Source: the human T2T-CHM13v2.0 reference genome, Homo sapiens. Taken from it: a DNA stretch of 64,000 nt. The position numbers were made by a program, and so were the translations under genes. Location of the stretch: the NCBI RefSeq assembly GCF_009914755.1, contig NC_060935.1; one strand, 5' to 3'. The notes beneath the pieces were generated by a model that was given only the letters and a program-made list of their open reading frames with translations, did no database searches and had not been told where the DNA came from. Positions 40,767 to 55,183 of this stretch are shown one piece after another; positions within the stretch are counted from its first letter, which is position 1; the number at the start of each line of letters is the position of its first letter.

Positions 40767-43556
40767 AGAAACCAAGATAACTCACTAAAATTAATTCAGA
40801 GTGTAAGAAAATGTTCCTATGTGCAACACTCTATACTAATATAAATATGTGTATATGTATCAGCACTCTATACCATTATAATAAAATGCTGAATTCAAAA
40901 TACAATTAGAATATAGAATAATACTCTCTTATTAATGGAACATACTAATTTTAGAGTGACTATATTAAGTGTCAAAGTGATTAGAGAAGAGAAAGGATCA
41001 GGAAGAACTAAAGGTACTAGGGAAGATTTTACCCAGGAAGTAGAATTTGAGCTTGAGATTTCAAGAAACTATAGAGGAGCTAAGAGCAGAAAGGACAATG
41101 TGAACTTTACTAAATGTAAGCATGATGAAATCCTTGAGATATATTCTATGAATATAGAGGAAATAAAGATAACAAATGAGAATTATGTAAATTTTTTAAC
41201 TAAATATAAGTTTCCCACTTTAAAAAAAAAAAGCTTAAGTGCCAAATGAGGACTGTGGAAATAAAAACAAGAATAAGCAGACACAGAGTGATGTTTAAGA
41301 GGATGGCATAAAGTATTTTCATTCTTGTAAATCAATTAATTAGCAGGATAATCAGTCTGTTTTCTCCTTTTGGCTTAATAGAGTTACAGAATACACCCTA
41401 GAGCTCTTAAGAAGGGGAAAGTTTATTAACTTTCTTCAGCTGTGCAGACTACTAACTAGCTTATTGAAACCTTAAAATTACTTTTATAAACCTGAAAATC
41501 TGAGGGTTTTTGTTTTTTGTTTTTTTGTTTTTTATTGTTTTTCATTTTTTATTTTTTTAAGAGAGATGACAGAGGCCAATCAGTAGTAGGACAAGGCCAA
41601 GAAAGTTCATCTGTTTAGTTCTAGCCTACAGAAGATCATTGATCCTTCATTGACTCAATGAATAAAGCCCTGGACAAAAAAATCTGGTAGAGCCAGTCCA
41701 ATCATCTGCTGCCTATGGCTAATTCTTTACTGACCAAACCTTGGTGATGTGGTGGTGCCAATGCAGCAGATTCTCTTGAATTCGTAAGCGTATGAATTTT
41801 AAAATAGCTTGGTTTTTGTGAGAGTCCTCTCTTCTGCTTCCTGTGGGCTAACCCTTCCCAAGATCTACTTCCTCCTGTCAGCCCCTAAAGAGGAGAGGGA
41901 TCCTCTCAGATTTGATCCTGAGCCTTCTGTTTTCCTCATTCTATTTTCTATTCGAGATTAATACATTACCGTCATCACCTACTCTAGTGTCCTTGATAGC
42001 AGGGACTGGTAGGTCAATGAAGAATCAGCCAGCAGACCTTTCTTGGAGAACTCCTCGTGACTTCAACTATCAAGAGGATAAAAGAGCTTCAATCTCTTTT
42101 CAGTTCTGGCCTCCTACCAGAGTTCTAACTCCACATATCTAACTCCACCACAATATTCTTCCATGACCTAAAACTAAACATGCCTATACCTAAAATCACA
42201 ATTATTCTCTGACTAGATTTTCCCCCTCAACACCTCTACTTTTCGTCGAAGTCTGGAAGTTAATCTTATTCCGTTTGTTCACTTGAACCAGTTATCAACC
42301 AAGTCATGCAAAGTTTCCTTCACAAAGTTTCTCTCTTCATCCCATATTTTCTACATCACCTCGTACTGAAATTTACTAATCTCCTAAATGGTCTTTCAGT
42401 CTCCTCTGTCTCTCCCTCTTCTAATCTATGCTACTTTATGAATCCTTATAAAACAACACATTGTATACATCTGGGGCTCCTTGAGCAGAATAATGAAATT
42501 GAAACTCCCTGGGCTTTTTTTTTTTTTGGTGAACTTCACAGAAACGTATGAGCAGGCAGGTAAGTAGGATCATGGAGGACTTTAAATGTTAAAGTCCTCT
42601 TTAATCTTATTTCCCCAATGGGAACACACTCATTGCTCTTCCAATTGGCCTTATACATTACAATCTCCATAAATTTGCTTGTGTTTTTCCTTCACAAATT
42701 GCTCCTGCTACCAAAACATTCCCTCTTCATCTCTAGTATTTTTGCTTCTAGGCTCATCTTTTCCATATAGCCTTCTCTGTGTCCTAACCTTTGATAATTT
42801 TCCTTTTCCTTTTTCCTAAATGTTGGCAATAATGAAGTTTGTATTAGTCATCAGGATTCCTGAAGCACTTTTTCATATAACCATCTTGATATTAAATAAT
42901 TATATATAATATAAATAGAATATATAACACAAACATGAATTCTTAATCTATTACTATAAGTTATATTAAGATATATTCATATTACATACTAATATAATTA
43001 ACATATTAATTATCTATATATACACACATTGTCCATCTCACCAACTAGACCACATAAATCCTTAGAGATTGTTCTCTAAAGATGGAAAATATGCAACCTG
43101 TTTGCTCCTACTGAAGCCATACCTAAGAGCTCCGGCAACTTTAATTATAGAGACTATTTTGTTAGACTGCTTATGATTTACCTGAAAGATAAATTAACAT
43201 TTTATACTGAAAGCAACAGTATTGATTAATCAATAAATATAAACAAGAAGCTAATTAAGAATCTGGTGCACTCTTACTAATGAGAGTACAATGAAATGAA
43301 ACTAGAAATATGGAATTATAAAAACCGCTGGCAGTTCATTTTAGCTCAAAAGAAAATCTTCTCCCATAAATAGATTCAATTATTTTTAGTTCTTCAAAGG
43401 CACTGAATTGACTTCAATTTAGTCTTGCTTCAACATATAAACTAGTTTCTAGGTATACTATCAAGAAGTTTAATAATCTGACATTTATTGATCTATAAAC
43501 CAAGATATGGTTTTATATTTCCTATGAGTAAATATGCATTTAAAAAAACAGGTTTA

Positions 43557-43885
<329 letters not shown>

Positions 43886-43916
43886 GGTTTATAAAGAAGC
43901 TGCTAAAATCCAGTAA

Positions 43917-44357
<441 letters not shown>

Positions 44358-44688
44358 TGTCTCCACCTTTTCTAATTCCCAATTCCCATCAATCTAGTCT
44401 TGTATCTAGAAGTGGTAAATTAAGTCAATATAAATGTGCCAAAGCTAAAGCAGAAGGTATTTGTTTTCTACACTCTTCTTGGCTTCCTCCTAGTCATCAA
44501 CCTTGTCTCTCCTGATAGCTCCTTTTCCATCTCCCTAATCACCAAAAGCCCAGAAATTAAAACAGTAAACAATTCCCCTGAAAGGTGCCTTCCTTGTACT
44601 GTCTAAAACAAATGCAATCCTCTGTGTGGGCATTTAAAACACCACAAGCATTCTTACTTAGATTAAATCATGGGTCTCCCTGGTCTCC

Positions 44689-44708
44689 AGGCATGCCTAG
44701 ACATGAAC
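44689..44708. promoter_or_regulatory. p53-family response element upstream of miR-34b/c
   Basis: AGGCATGCCT|AGACATGAAC versus RRRCWWGYYY x2 with zero spacer (10/10 and 8/10); miR-34b/c is an established p53 target. Confidence 0.85.
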
Positions 44709-46328
44709 CATAAAGGGAATGAGATCCTTGGAGTTTCTCTAGTAACTGCAGGCCAAATCAACAGCAACCCTAAGAACAAGCATTCTTTTTTTTTTTTCAA
44801 CAGAACTAGGCCACACATATTTTTTGTCGTTATTTAAATTTTTAGTTGTACTACATAGAAAATAAACTCATTTTAAAAAGTTATTTCAGTAGGCAATGCA
44901 TCTTCATGACTTTTACATATGAGTTTTATTTTTTATTACTTTTGAAGAAAAGTCTGTAGAAACCTACTTTTCAAGGCATCTGACCCAACCATTGCCTTGG
45001 ATGGCAGCAATCCAGCTCAGGTAAGATATTTAAGATGCAACTAATAATCATAAAACATCAGTTGGGAAGAAGTGTTCGATATAGTATTGGGTAAAAGTGA
45101 CTAACAATTTGGTAGAAGAGAATCATTTTTATAACTATCTCCTAACCAAGATTTCTCTAAGTCTGCATATTGTTAATGGAATGAAGACTATTTTGCTCCT
45201 AGTTTCATGTATGTATATTTAGGTGAATGTGAGTCATTTATGTAATGTGTGCTAAAACACCGTGCCCCTCACAAAGATAAGATGAATACAAAATACAGTT
45301 ATTGTAGATGGCTTGTCTTTCACAATTTAATTCTACGAGTTAATTTTTACAATTAACATTTTCTGTGCTACATATTTTGTATTTTGGTTTCTTTCCCTTC
45401 ACTATGGGGTGTACAGAACAAAGTATGCATTTGGAAAAAAAGTGCTGTCTTTCATATGCAAAGAAAATGCTATAACTTATTCAAACATCCTTGGGCAGTT
45501 CTTTAGTTGTTTTAATAGTGTGAGTTTGTAGTTTGTATTGAATGATCCAGATGACCTGCCCCTGTTCATGTTACTTGTGGCATCTATGAGACCATTTGCT
45601 GGTTTTAGGGAATCAATCTATAGGTGGGAAGTTTTCTTTTGCAGAAACTAATTTAGAACTAAGCCTTTGGTGTCAGCAATGGGTGCTCTATACTGGATGC
45701 ATGAAGACCATATTTCTAGGGGAGGCTGCTTCCAGCTGAATTTCACAAGGTGAGGATAAAGAGAACATTCCTTATCCTCTCCTGATTAATTCATTAAAGG
45801 CAAAGGAGGGGAAGGAAAGTTATTAGCAGAGATCTCCCAGAAGTCCTCTGTAACTGTCCCTTTTGCCCAACTGTCACAAGATACTGTTTTTCTGGCATCC
45901 ACAGCCCTAACCCTGAATATCCAAATGTACTCGTGCATCAAGGATCTACTCAAGTCTCACCTCCTCTGGGAACCTTCTTTGACCTATTACAGCTCTCATT
46001 GAGGACCTCCCTTCTATTTCTGATACAAATAGTTTCTACTATTCTAAATAGTCCCTAGTTTAGTAATTTATTATATATATACTGTCTTGAATGGTATGGC
46101 CTTGATCTCAAGAGGACCACGATTTGATGTAACTAACAAGCTGCCTGGCTCACTATTTGACTAGAAGGCCCAGGCTTCACATCACTGCATGGCCCTCTAA
46201 GAGTATAAGGCCAAGTCCCCAACAGAGCACAGAGGTGCAGATGAGACTCTCCAAGCCATCCTCCCATATGTCAGAGGCTACCCAAGCCCACCTCCATTTG
46301 GAAAATTCAAACCTATAATTTGAGGTAC

Positions 46329-46500
46329 CTGGGAAGCCGCTTTCCCAGGGCGGAATGGTCACGGAAACTGGGTAGGCTGGGGGCCTTCTTGGGGAATGAG
46401 GGAGTGGAGGAGCTCTTTGTCCCTCCTGCTAGATCAGAAAGAGAAACGTCTCAAGAATCTGGGCCTCCATCTTCTAGGCGTCTCCCTTGGAGGCCCTTCA
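46329..46500 (-). other. BTG4: BTG4 non-coding exon 1 (start approximate)
   Basis: minus-strand CAG|GTACCT donor at 46329/46328 at the edge of the CpG island. Confidence 0.6.
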
Positions 46501-47320
46501 GGGACCGCCCACAGCGCTTTCTCTCAGCCTCCTCCCCTCCCCCATCCCCTCCCCCACCCGCCCCGTCTCGCGCCCGCCCCGCCCCTCGGCCCGCGGGGTT
46601 CCAAGGACGGTTGGTCGCCCCCGCCACAGTCACTCGGCCGCTCAGAGCGGCGGGGCGCACGGGGTCGAGAGAGCCAGCTCTAGGGTTTGGGGCTGGGAAC
46701 TGAAGCCTGGCGTGAAGGAAGTGGGAGCCCGGGCCGAGGAGGCGAAGGGGAAAGGAAAAGCGAGGGGAACCTGAGCGGGAGGGCCCTGAGAGGAGCGGGA
46801 GGCTGCGGGAAGGGGAGGCCTGGCACTCCTGGGGGTCATGGGGGTCGGGGCGCGGCTCCCGGCCTGGGAGGGCGCGGGTCCTCCCCGGCAGCGCCGCCCG
46901 CTGGCCCAGCTACGCGTGTTGTGCGCTGCGAGGCCGGCGGGGGTCCCGCTGGGCCCGGGGGTGTCCTCGGGGGCCGCTTGCGCCCAGCCATGGTAGGGCG
47001 TCCCCCGGTGAAATGGGGTCCGAGGCGGGCCCCGACCCCGCGTCGGCGCTGCGGACCGTCCGGGAGCTGCAGCCGCGGGTGCCCGGTGCTCGGTTTGTAG
47101 GCAGTGTCATTAGCTGATTGTACTGTGGTGGTTACAATCACTAACTCCACTGCCATCAAAACAAGGCACAGCATCACCGCCGCCCGGCCGGGAAGAAGAC
47201 GCCGGCTCGGGTAGCCCGCAGCCTTCGAGAGAAGATGCCTGAGAAGCGCGGCGTCGGCGTGGGTCCTGTGCAGCCTGCCCCGCGAGCGCCCGCTGCAAGT
47301 GCGAGGAAACCCGCGGTTTC
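46500..47320. promoter_or_regulatory. bidirectional CpG island promoter (BTG4 / miR-34b/c)
   Basis: very GC- and CpG-dense; GC boxes (cccgcccc); lies between divergent genes. Confidence 0.92.
47086..47169 (+). ncRNA. MIR34B: pre-miR-34b (5p 47098/47099-47120; 3p 47135-47156)
   Basis: hairpin containing TAGGCAGTGTCATTAGCTGATTG and CAATCACTAACTCCACTGCCAT. Confidence 0.99.
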
Positions 47321-47586
47321 TCCAGATACAGTTAAACTGTTAGCTCTCTCTAGGAGTCACAGAAGATGAAACAGTCTCATGCCAGGAAAGCAAAATCCCT
47401 GGAGGTGAAGCCCCTCCATCCATGTAACAGTTAATACTGTATGCTGTGATTCACTGTGTCTATTTGCCATCGTCTAGTAGAGTATTCACCAAGCTAGCAA
47501 CTCAGTTGAGCTCCAACTCAACCAATGAATTGCCTGCCTGTCACAACGTGTTGGGGTACCAACTTGAGACTGCAATTTTTTCTATG

Positions 47587-47663
47587 AGTCTAGTTACTAG
47601 GCAGTGTAGTTAGCTGATTGCTAATAGTACCAATCACTAACCACACGGCCAGGTAAAAAGATT
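47587..47663 (+). ncRNA. MIR34C: pre-miR-34c (5p 47599-47621; 3p 47632-47653)
   Basis: hairpin containing AGGCAGTGTAGTTAGCTGATTGC and AATCACTAACCACACGGCCAGG. Confidence 0.99.
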
Positions 47664-48759
47664 TGGGAATTCGTCCAAATGAGCTGCCTGTGCATCATCA
47701 ATGTGCGTGGGGAAGAGGGGTGTTGGAAAATGCTGATTTCATCCATTGCCTATTAATTGCTCAGCCAAAAGAAAAAAATCAACATTTCAGCTACTAAGTT
47801 TACAATGTATGTAATGTGTATGTATGTGGGGTTTTGTTTTGTTTTTTTTTCAATATTCCTTCAGGCTCTTAACCAAAATTTTAGATATAAGGGGGAATAT
47901 GATTTTTTTCTTAGCTGACTGATGTATGTTATTATATGAACATGTGATTATTAACTTCTTGAGACTATATTGTTAGTAATATTTTGAAAGTAATATTGTT
48001 AGTAATATTTCGAAAGAATAAAGTGCCATAAAGACATAAATTGTGGTTATTGCTATGTGTCCATTTCCTTTGCTAAATTGACTTTATGATGTCCATCTCA
48101 GTTCCTGCCACAGTAATCTTAACTTTTCTATCAATGAAGTGGTTAAGTTGTTCCTGCCATGACAAAAATCTCCCGGGAAAGCTACTCATACACACAGACT
48201 TGTTAATACTTTTATAAGAAATACATTAACAAAATTTTTCATACTTCTTTTTTCCATGAAGAGACTCTGTTCACTCATTAAGATGTATCCCTTCTTTTAA
48301 GTAATCATTTACAACTGTTGGAGTCTATGCAACTTTTAGTGGGAGTGATTAGTAAATGCACTTACACTTTAAATCCAGCTTGTTTCCTAAGATTTAAAGG
48401 ATTCAGAATTTTAAAATCACAGAAACTGTACACATGGGCACGTATCCGCCCAGTTCAGGCCTCTAGCTCCCAAGGGCTAGGCTTTCAGGCGTGAATTCTC
48501 CAGCGCAACGTTCTCAGAACTTCCACCTAGCAGGTGCTGTCCCTGGCAATCTGGTTTGGAAGTGGGGATTGGGGCAATGGGGCTGAGGAATTTAAAGTTT
48601 ATTTAGCTATCTTTCTGGGGGGAGGGGAGAGGATGTGGCAGCCCACTGAGGATATAAGAAGCTAAACTACTCCCCCACTGACTCCGACAGGACACAACCC
48701 AAAGTTGACGTTTTGACTCTCCCATATCCAAGATTTGGACTGGTCCTAAAACCTGATCA

Positions 48760-49163
<404 letters not shown>

Positions 49164-49658
49164 TAGAATAGCGGCCTCCTGTCAGTCATATCTGCCTCAC
49201 CGTAACTGGCCTGCAGGTACCAGAGCCCTTTCCAGGAGAAACTGCAATGGTATATACAAATAGTTATAAGTACATACAAATGCATGTATAAATATTTCCT
49301 GAACCCTTCCAGCAACCCTTCCACCCGAAAAGGATCAGTGGTATATATGTTACATCTAAAAACATATAAGTTTCCCTTAAATTATGGCATCTATTTGGTA
49401 AACAGTATAGAATAATCTGAGGAAATGCTATGTGTTGGCTGAAAGGATAGTTTACATAGTTTAATTCAAACATGAAAAGCCCTGGAGAAAGATGAAGGTG
49501 GAGTCAACATTACCAATGAACTTCCTGGACCTGTGAGCCCTTAGTGAGGCCTAGGATGTGGAAACTGTTATGCAATTGTTATAGTATAAAAAATTCAAAC
49601 GCCTTTAATGTTGTTGACTTTTCCAATGATTTCTTTACTTCCCTTTTGTATTTTTTAG

Positions 49659-49700
49659 AAAACAGCCACTCCTCGCAGTCTTTTCACCTTGCGAGTAACA
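49659..49700 (+). CDS. HOATZ: HOATZ exon 2 (ENSHSSQSFHLASN)
   Basis: ttttttAG acceptor and GTAAGT donor; 42 nt, phase 1/1. Confidence 0.9.
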
Positions 49701-50150
49701 GTAAGTACCAAGTTTTATGCCTTTCAACATTCTGACTCCTAGGTTCATCAGAAAATAGACAATAAGTACAAGGGTACTACTTTACACTGTGGTATAACTT
49801 TCTGAATTGAACACCTAAGTCCCTGCTCAGGGACCACCCTGTTTATCCAGAGGACAATGCCTAAATTCCTTTAACAGTTTGAACAGGAATGTAGAAATTG
49901 GAATCTCTGATCCTGCAGATATGCTCTCTTTCGAGACTTTTTCTTGTCTCTGGACTCGAGCTTACTCATCATCTAAAGAGATTAGAGGTTCCCTGCAGCC
50001 ATAGCTAATTAACTCAGTCTCCAGTTGTTTGCAAATCTGGTTTGTAAAGTTCCAATACACCACATGTATTTTTGTTTACCTTCCTACTCTATGTATTCCC
50101 TTTCAACCCATGTCCAATTTTATATCAATTTTAGTATAAAATCATAATAA

Positions 50151-50294
<144 letters not shown>

Positions 50295-50574
50295 TAAATT
50301 TCTAAATAATCTTGATTTTTTAAACACATGTATATTTAAAAATCTGCTACTTCTAGTGCATCAGCTTGAGCAAATTAAGGAAACCTTTATTAGAATTTTA
50401 ATTGAAAATTTAAAAATTCTATTCAACATTGGCTATTATCAATCTCAGCAAAAGTCCAAGAATGTATAGGAACAACAGAACCAGAGAGAAATAGAAAGAG
50501 GTAGAGTCACACACTTTCCATCCAGTAAGGTCCCCAACCATATACAGTGTTCTAAGAACAGAAATAGCATAAGA

Positions 50575-50872
50575 GGCCAGGTGCAGTAGTACACACCTAC
50601 AATCCCAATGCTTTGGGAGACCTAGGCAGGAGGATCCCTTGAGGCCAGGAATTCAAGACCAGCCTGGGCTACATAGTAAGACCTCTAACTCTACAAAAAA
50701 AAAAAAAATTTTTAATTTGCCAGGCCTGCTGGTGCATACCTGTAGTCTGAGCTACTTGGGAGGCTGAGGCAGAAGGATCCTCTGAGTCCAGAAATTCAAG
50801 GCTGCAATGAGCTATGATCTCACCACTGCACTTCAGCCTGGGCAGCAGAGTGAGACACAGTCTTAAAAAAAA
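50575..50872 (+). mobile_element. Alu (AluJ-like)
   Basis: full diverged Alu. Confidence 0.9.
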
Positions 50873-53800
50873 ATCATAAGAACAGGAAAAATCAAATAGA
50901 ATTAATTGTCTTAATAGGTCAAAATTAAATGATCAGAGGAATGAGTCTGTCATCTAGACCTGTTTTGACTAAAGGCTGGAATTAAACACATTGGTGTAGT
51001 CAAATCAGCTGAGCACAGTTCTCTTTCTGGCAACATCCTTTGTTTGCTTTTCATGATACAGGCATGGCCTTTAACTCAGCAATTAATACAGTGATTTATA
51101 GAAACATTTAGTTTGATTAATGTATAAATTATACTCCTGTAACTGTTCCTATACTGTAAAAGCAAAAATAGAGGATTCATTTTGGCTGAATATCTTTAAT
51201 CATTGGACATATTGGCAAACTCTGACAGACTTATCGGGAATTCTACATAAATTACAAAACAATGCATTTGAGTTTGTTTATCACATTAATTCACTTTGTG
51301 GACTACTGGTGCTTCCCTCAAACAAATTAGGTAATTAGAAATAGCCAGCATTTTATTCTCTCTTTAGAATATTATGTACTGTATATTTATATCCAGACTT
51401 TTTAGGGAGGGGGAAAGCCTAATTTTCAGTGAATTAAAAATCATTAAAAGTCAACTTCAGTGCTTTCGGAATTTAATTTTCATTTTATTTCATTTTAGGA
51501 AAGGATTAGAAATAAAAGGTTAAAGACAAACTATTATAAATTTCTATCAGCTTTTGTCAAACAATAAGACAATATGATGTGAATTACCAGTGGAGGTTAT
51601 GCTGATAGACTGTTAGGCTAATAATCTTAGAACTGGATTCCTTGTCTTGGCTCCTTCTATGAACTCATCTTAATTACTAAATTCCACAGATATTTATTGA
51701 GAACCTGCAAGTACTATACTAGCTGCTGGGGATCCAAAGATAAGATGTGATCCCTTATCTCAAGGAGTTTACAATCCAGTGGAGGAGACAGCCAATTAAA
51801 GTCAATAATTATTATATATTATAATATCATGATAGATATATGCACATAATACTATGAGAACACATTGAGGGACATCAAAATCAAGTGTAACAAATCAAGA
51901 AAGCTTCCCAAAGGTGCTGGGTTTTAAAGGATTTATAGTTTGTTAGACAAAGAATATGCAAAGCAATCCCTCACAATGTATTAGTTGTCTTCCTAAAATC
52001 CAAATATGATTATACTAGCCCTCCTGCTTTTTTTTTCCCCATGGCTGCCCATTTCCTTTACAAGATCAAGGCCAAACTCCTTAGCATGTTCGAATTCCTT
52101 TCCAATCCAGTCCTAACCTGTCTTCTCCTATCACTCTCCCCGCTTTCTCCTATGCTCTCTCCCCAACTCTGTATAGTTGGATCTCAACCATGCAGGCCAA
52201 GGAACACTATTTACACCTTCACATATATGCTTGCAAAGTGATGAACAGGAAAAGTATATTTTTGTTATACCTAAACATGCATAGTATCTGCCAAGTTGTT
52301 CATTAAGCCTAGTGGTCCTGCACTGCAATATAGAAGATGATTCCATTTGTTGACAGTAGAAGACAAGAGGCCTAACAAAACAGTAAGGCAGTGGGAAAGA
52401 AAGAGAAGTTACTGAAACTGTGCCTTCTTAGTATATGGGGAAACTTAGCACTATCTAGTACAATTCAATTTGAACAATGCCAAAATACAAAAGGGCAACC
52501 AAAAGAATCCTGAAATAACTGAATTGTCTTATAGATATAGTGAGATAACATAATTTAGTGTTCATAACAACCAATTATTGAATGTATATTAGGTACTGTA
52601 CACTAAACTAAGCAATTGACATACATCAACTCATATACTCCTTAAAATAGCCCATTATGATTATCACCATTTGGCCAAACAAGGCCTAAAATGATTTTCC
52701 AAAGTCCCCACAACTGGTAAGTGGCAGAGCAGATTCAAAGCCTGCAATCCTAACTCCAAAGTCCATGAAATTAATCCCATAATAGATTTGTTGTATCATA
52801 ATGATTGCTGACTATGGCATTGTTCAAGTATGCTGCCAAATATTCTAAAATTCAAAACTATGGTATGAATACAAATGTGAGAAGCACTATTTCCAGCTCT
52901 GGAACTATAAGCTGGTTCTCCATTCTGCAGTGCACTTTCATGTATCTGCCTGAAATGCTCTTCCCCATTTACCTTCAAGGCCTAACTCAAATGCCAGCTT
53001 CTGTGAAGCCTTCTCAGGGGTTACCCAGAGACTAGCAGAATGAATAGATCTCTTCTCTGTGCTCCCACGGCAAGCCACATATCCTTTCTCATAGTATTTG
53101 TACAGTCTCTGATGTGTATTGTAGGTAATTGTGTATGTTTCTCTCTTTCCTGCTAGATTACAGGCACCATAGTGTAGTAGATTTTGGAGACAACAAGATG
53201 GGTTTGGAAGCCTAACTCTGCCACTTACTATTTGTGTGACCTTGAGCAAGTGGTTTAACTCCTGGGATGCTCAGCTTCCTCATATATAAAAAGAGAAATG
53301 ATTTTTTTTAATATCCTCCTCATAGAGTGATGTAAGGTATGTGAAGTGCCTGGCCACAGTTTACCCTCAACAAATTCACTCTATAAAGGCAGGGGTCATG
53401 TTTTATTTGCTTAACCTAGTGCCTTTTTGGTTATTAAACTCAGTAAATCTTTGTTTATTGAATAAATAAATGCATAATTAAATGAATTAAAGAGTAAATG
53501 AAGGCCCTATATATTGATATTTCAATTTTGTTTAGCTTTTCCACATAGACTCATCTGGCAAATTTTTCTAGGCTGATAATCTTTACTAGAATACTCCCAA
53601 AATCTAATCTGTTAGCACATCACCTCTCCCTAGTTCTGCTTTATCTCATGGGTTATGGATATAATGGGAGGAAACGTAACTCCCTGTAATTATTGAAACA
53701 GAATCTGGTTTTGGATACCACTTTTTTTCCTAAATCGATAATGTTGTCTCTGCATTGCTGCCACCACCATTCTAGAATTTTTAGCTTGATGTTAGAAAAT

Positions 53801-54750
53801 AGATGAGGGGAGGGTATCTTTTTAACTAACGAAGCATTTACAATGATCTATTTAAGAGAATCTTCTACATGTTTTGAACATATACATTGATAAGTAAATT
53901 CCAGGTATAATTTTCATCTTAAATTGGAAAAAACATTACCCATAAATTCTCTTTAAGGTTTATTCTTCCACTTTCTCCTTAAAATTAATGAAAATCTAAA
54001 AATTAATTTCTCTCTGAAAGCACCTTTTTAACTCTCCTCAACGGATATTGATTTTTCAGTTGTTACAGTTTTTTGCACTTGAATATTATTCTCCATTTTG
54101 GAATATTTTCCAGGTATACATTATAACAAATGCTTTTGGTTAGTGATCAAAATGCTGTTAATCACAATTGCTATTTCTGTGATGCATATCCATGGCAGGA
54201 AATCAAAAACAATTGAGCCTGTCAAGATTAAATGGCTTGCTCTGTCCATAAAGGAAACCTCACAGCCCTACACTGGACCATCATTCCTCCTTTGAGAGTC
54301 CTAAAGTAGTCTGAAAATATTATAATAAGTGGATAGTCAGCTAATTCTTTGAAATCATAAAACTAATTTGCTTTTTAGTTTTGCCGCCTTTAAGAAAGCT
54401 CTTCAGCTGATTATCCCTTTATGAAAAGAATTATAAATAATTCATTTGCTGGGAGAAGGAAGAAGAGGTCAGAGCAGTATTTGAAGGCATATATGTAAAT
54501 GACAGATTTGGAAATGATCTGTATTCAAAGTTTTAACATGAATGAATATAAATCAAAGGTTTTTACAGGGAAAATATGCAATCTGCAGAACAATATCCCA
54601 GGTATGCTCCTTATTTGGGTATGGGTTTTTAATCTGTTCTATTACACATTCTATGCAACCAGTAATGTCCATAGTATAAGTCTTCCTCAAAAGTTTGTTA
54701 TATGGCACTTCCTTGAACCAGAAGCAAGTCATGCTACAATGAGAACATTA

Positions 54751-55183
54751 CAGTAGTCCTCCTTCCATGATTTCACTTTCCTTGGTTTCAGCTACCTGCA
54801 GTCAACCATGATTCAAAAATATTAAATAAAAAATTCTTGAAATAAATAATTCACAAGTTTTAAATTGCTTGCCATTCCAAGAGTGTGATGAAATCTTGTG
54901 CCATCCCACTTGGGATATGAATCATCCCTCAGTCCAGTGGATCCATGCTGTAGACACTACATGCCTGTTAGTGACTTAGTAGCCGAGAGAGAGATCGCAT
55001 TCACATAACTTTTATTACAGTATATTGTTATGTGCTCTATTTCATTATTAGTTATTGTTAATCTCTTACTGTCTCTAATTTACAAATTAAACTTTATCAT
55101 AGGTAGTATATATAAGGGAAAACACAGTATATCTAGGATTCGGTAGCATCCGCAGTTGCAGGCAACCATTGAGGGTCTTGGAA
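54751..55183 (+). mobile_element. MER44/Tigger7-type DNA transposon, right terminus missing
   Basis: cagtagtcctcc...ggtttcagctacctgcagtcaacc...gggtcttggaac. Confidence 0.75.

Larger units (their letters stand above)
44760..48040 (+). ncRNA. MIR34BHG: putative pri-miR-34b/c host transcript
   Basis: strong donor CAG|GTAAGA at 45020/45021; candidate acceptors at 47325 or 47353; AATAAA at 48017-48022; start position uncertain. Confidence 0.55.

Noticed and set aside
47148-47155. miR-34 8-mer target site CACTGCCA in the primary transcript
   Set aside because: It is simply the 3p arm pairing with the 5p seed
46177-47298. Many overlapping Pro/Gly/Arg-rich ORFs
   Set aside because: Expected artefact of stop-codon depletion in a CpG island
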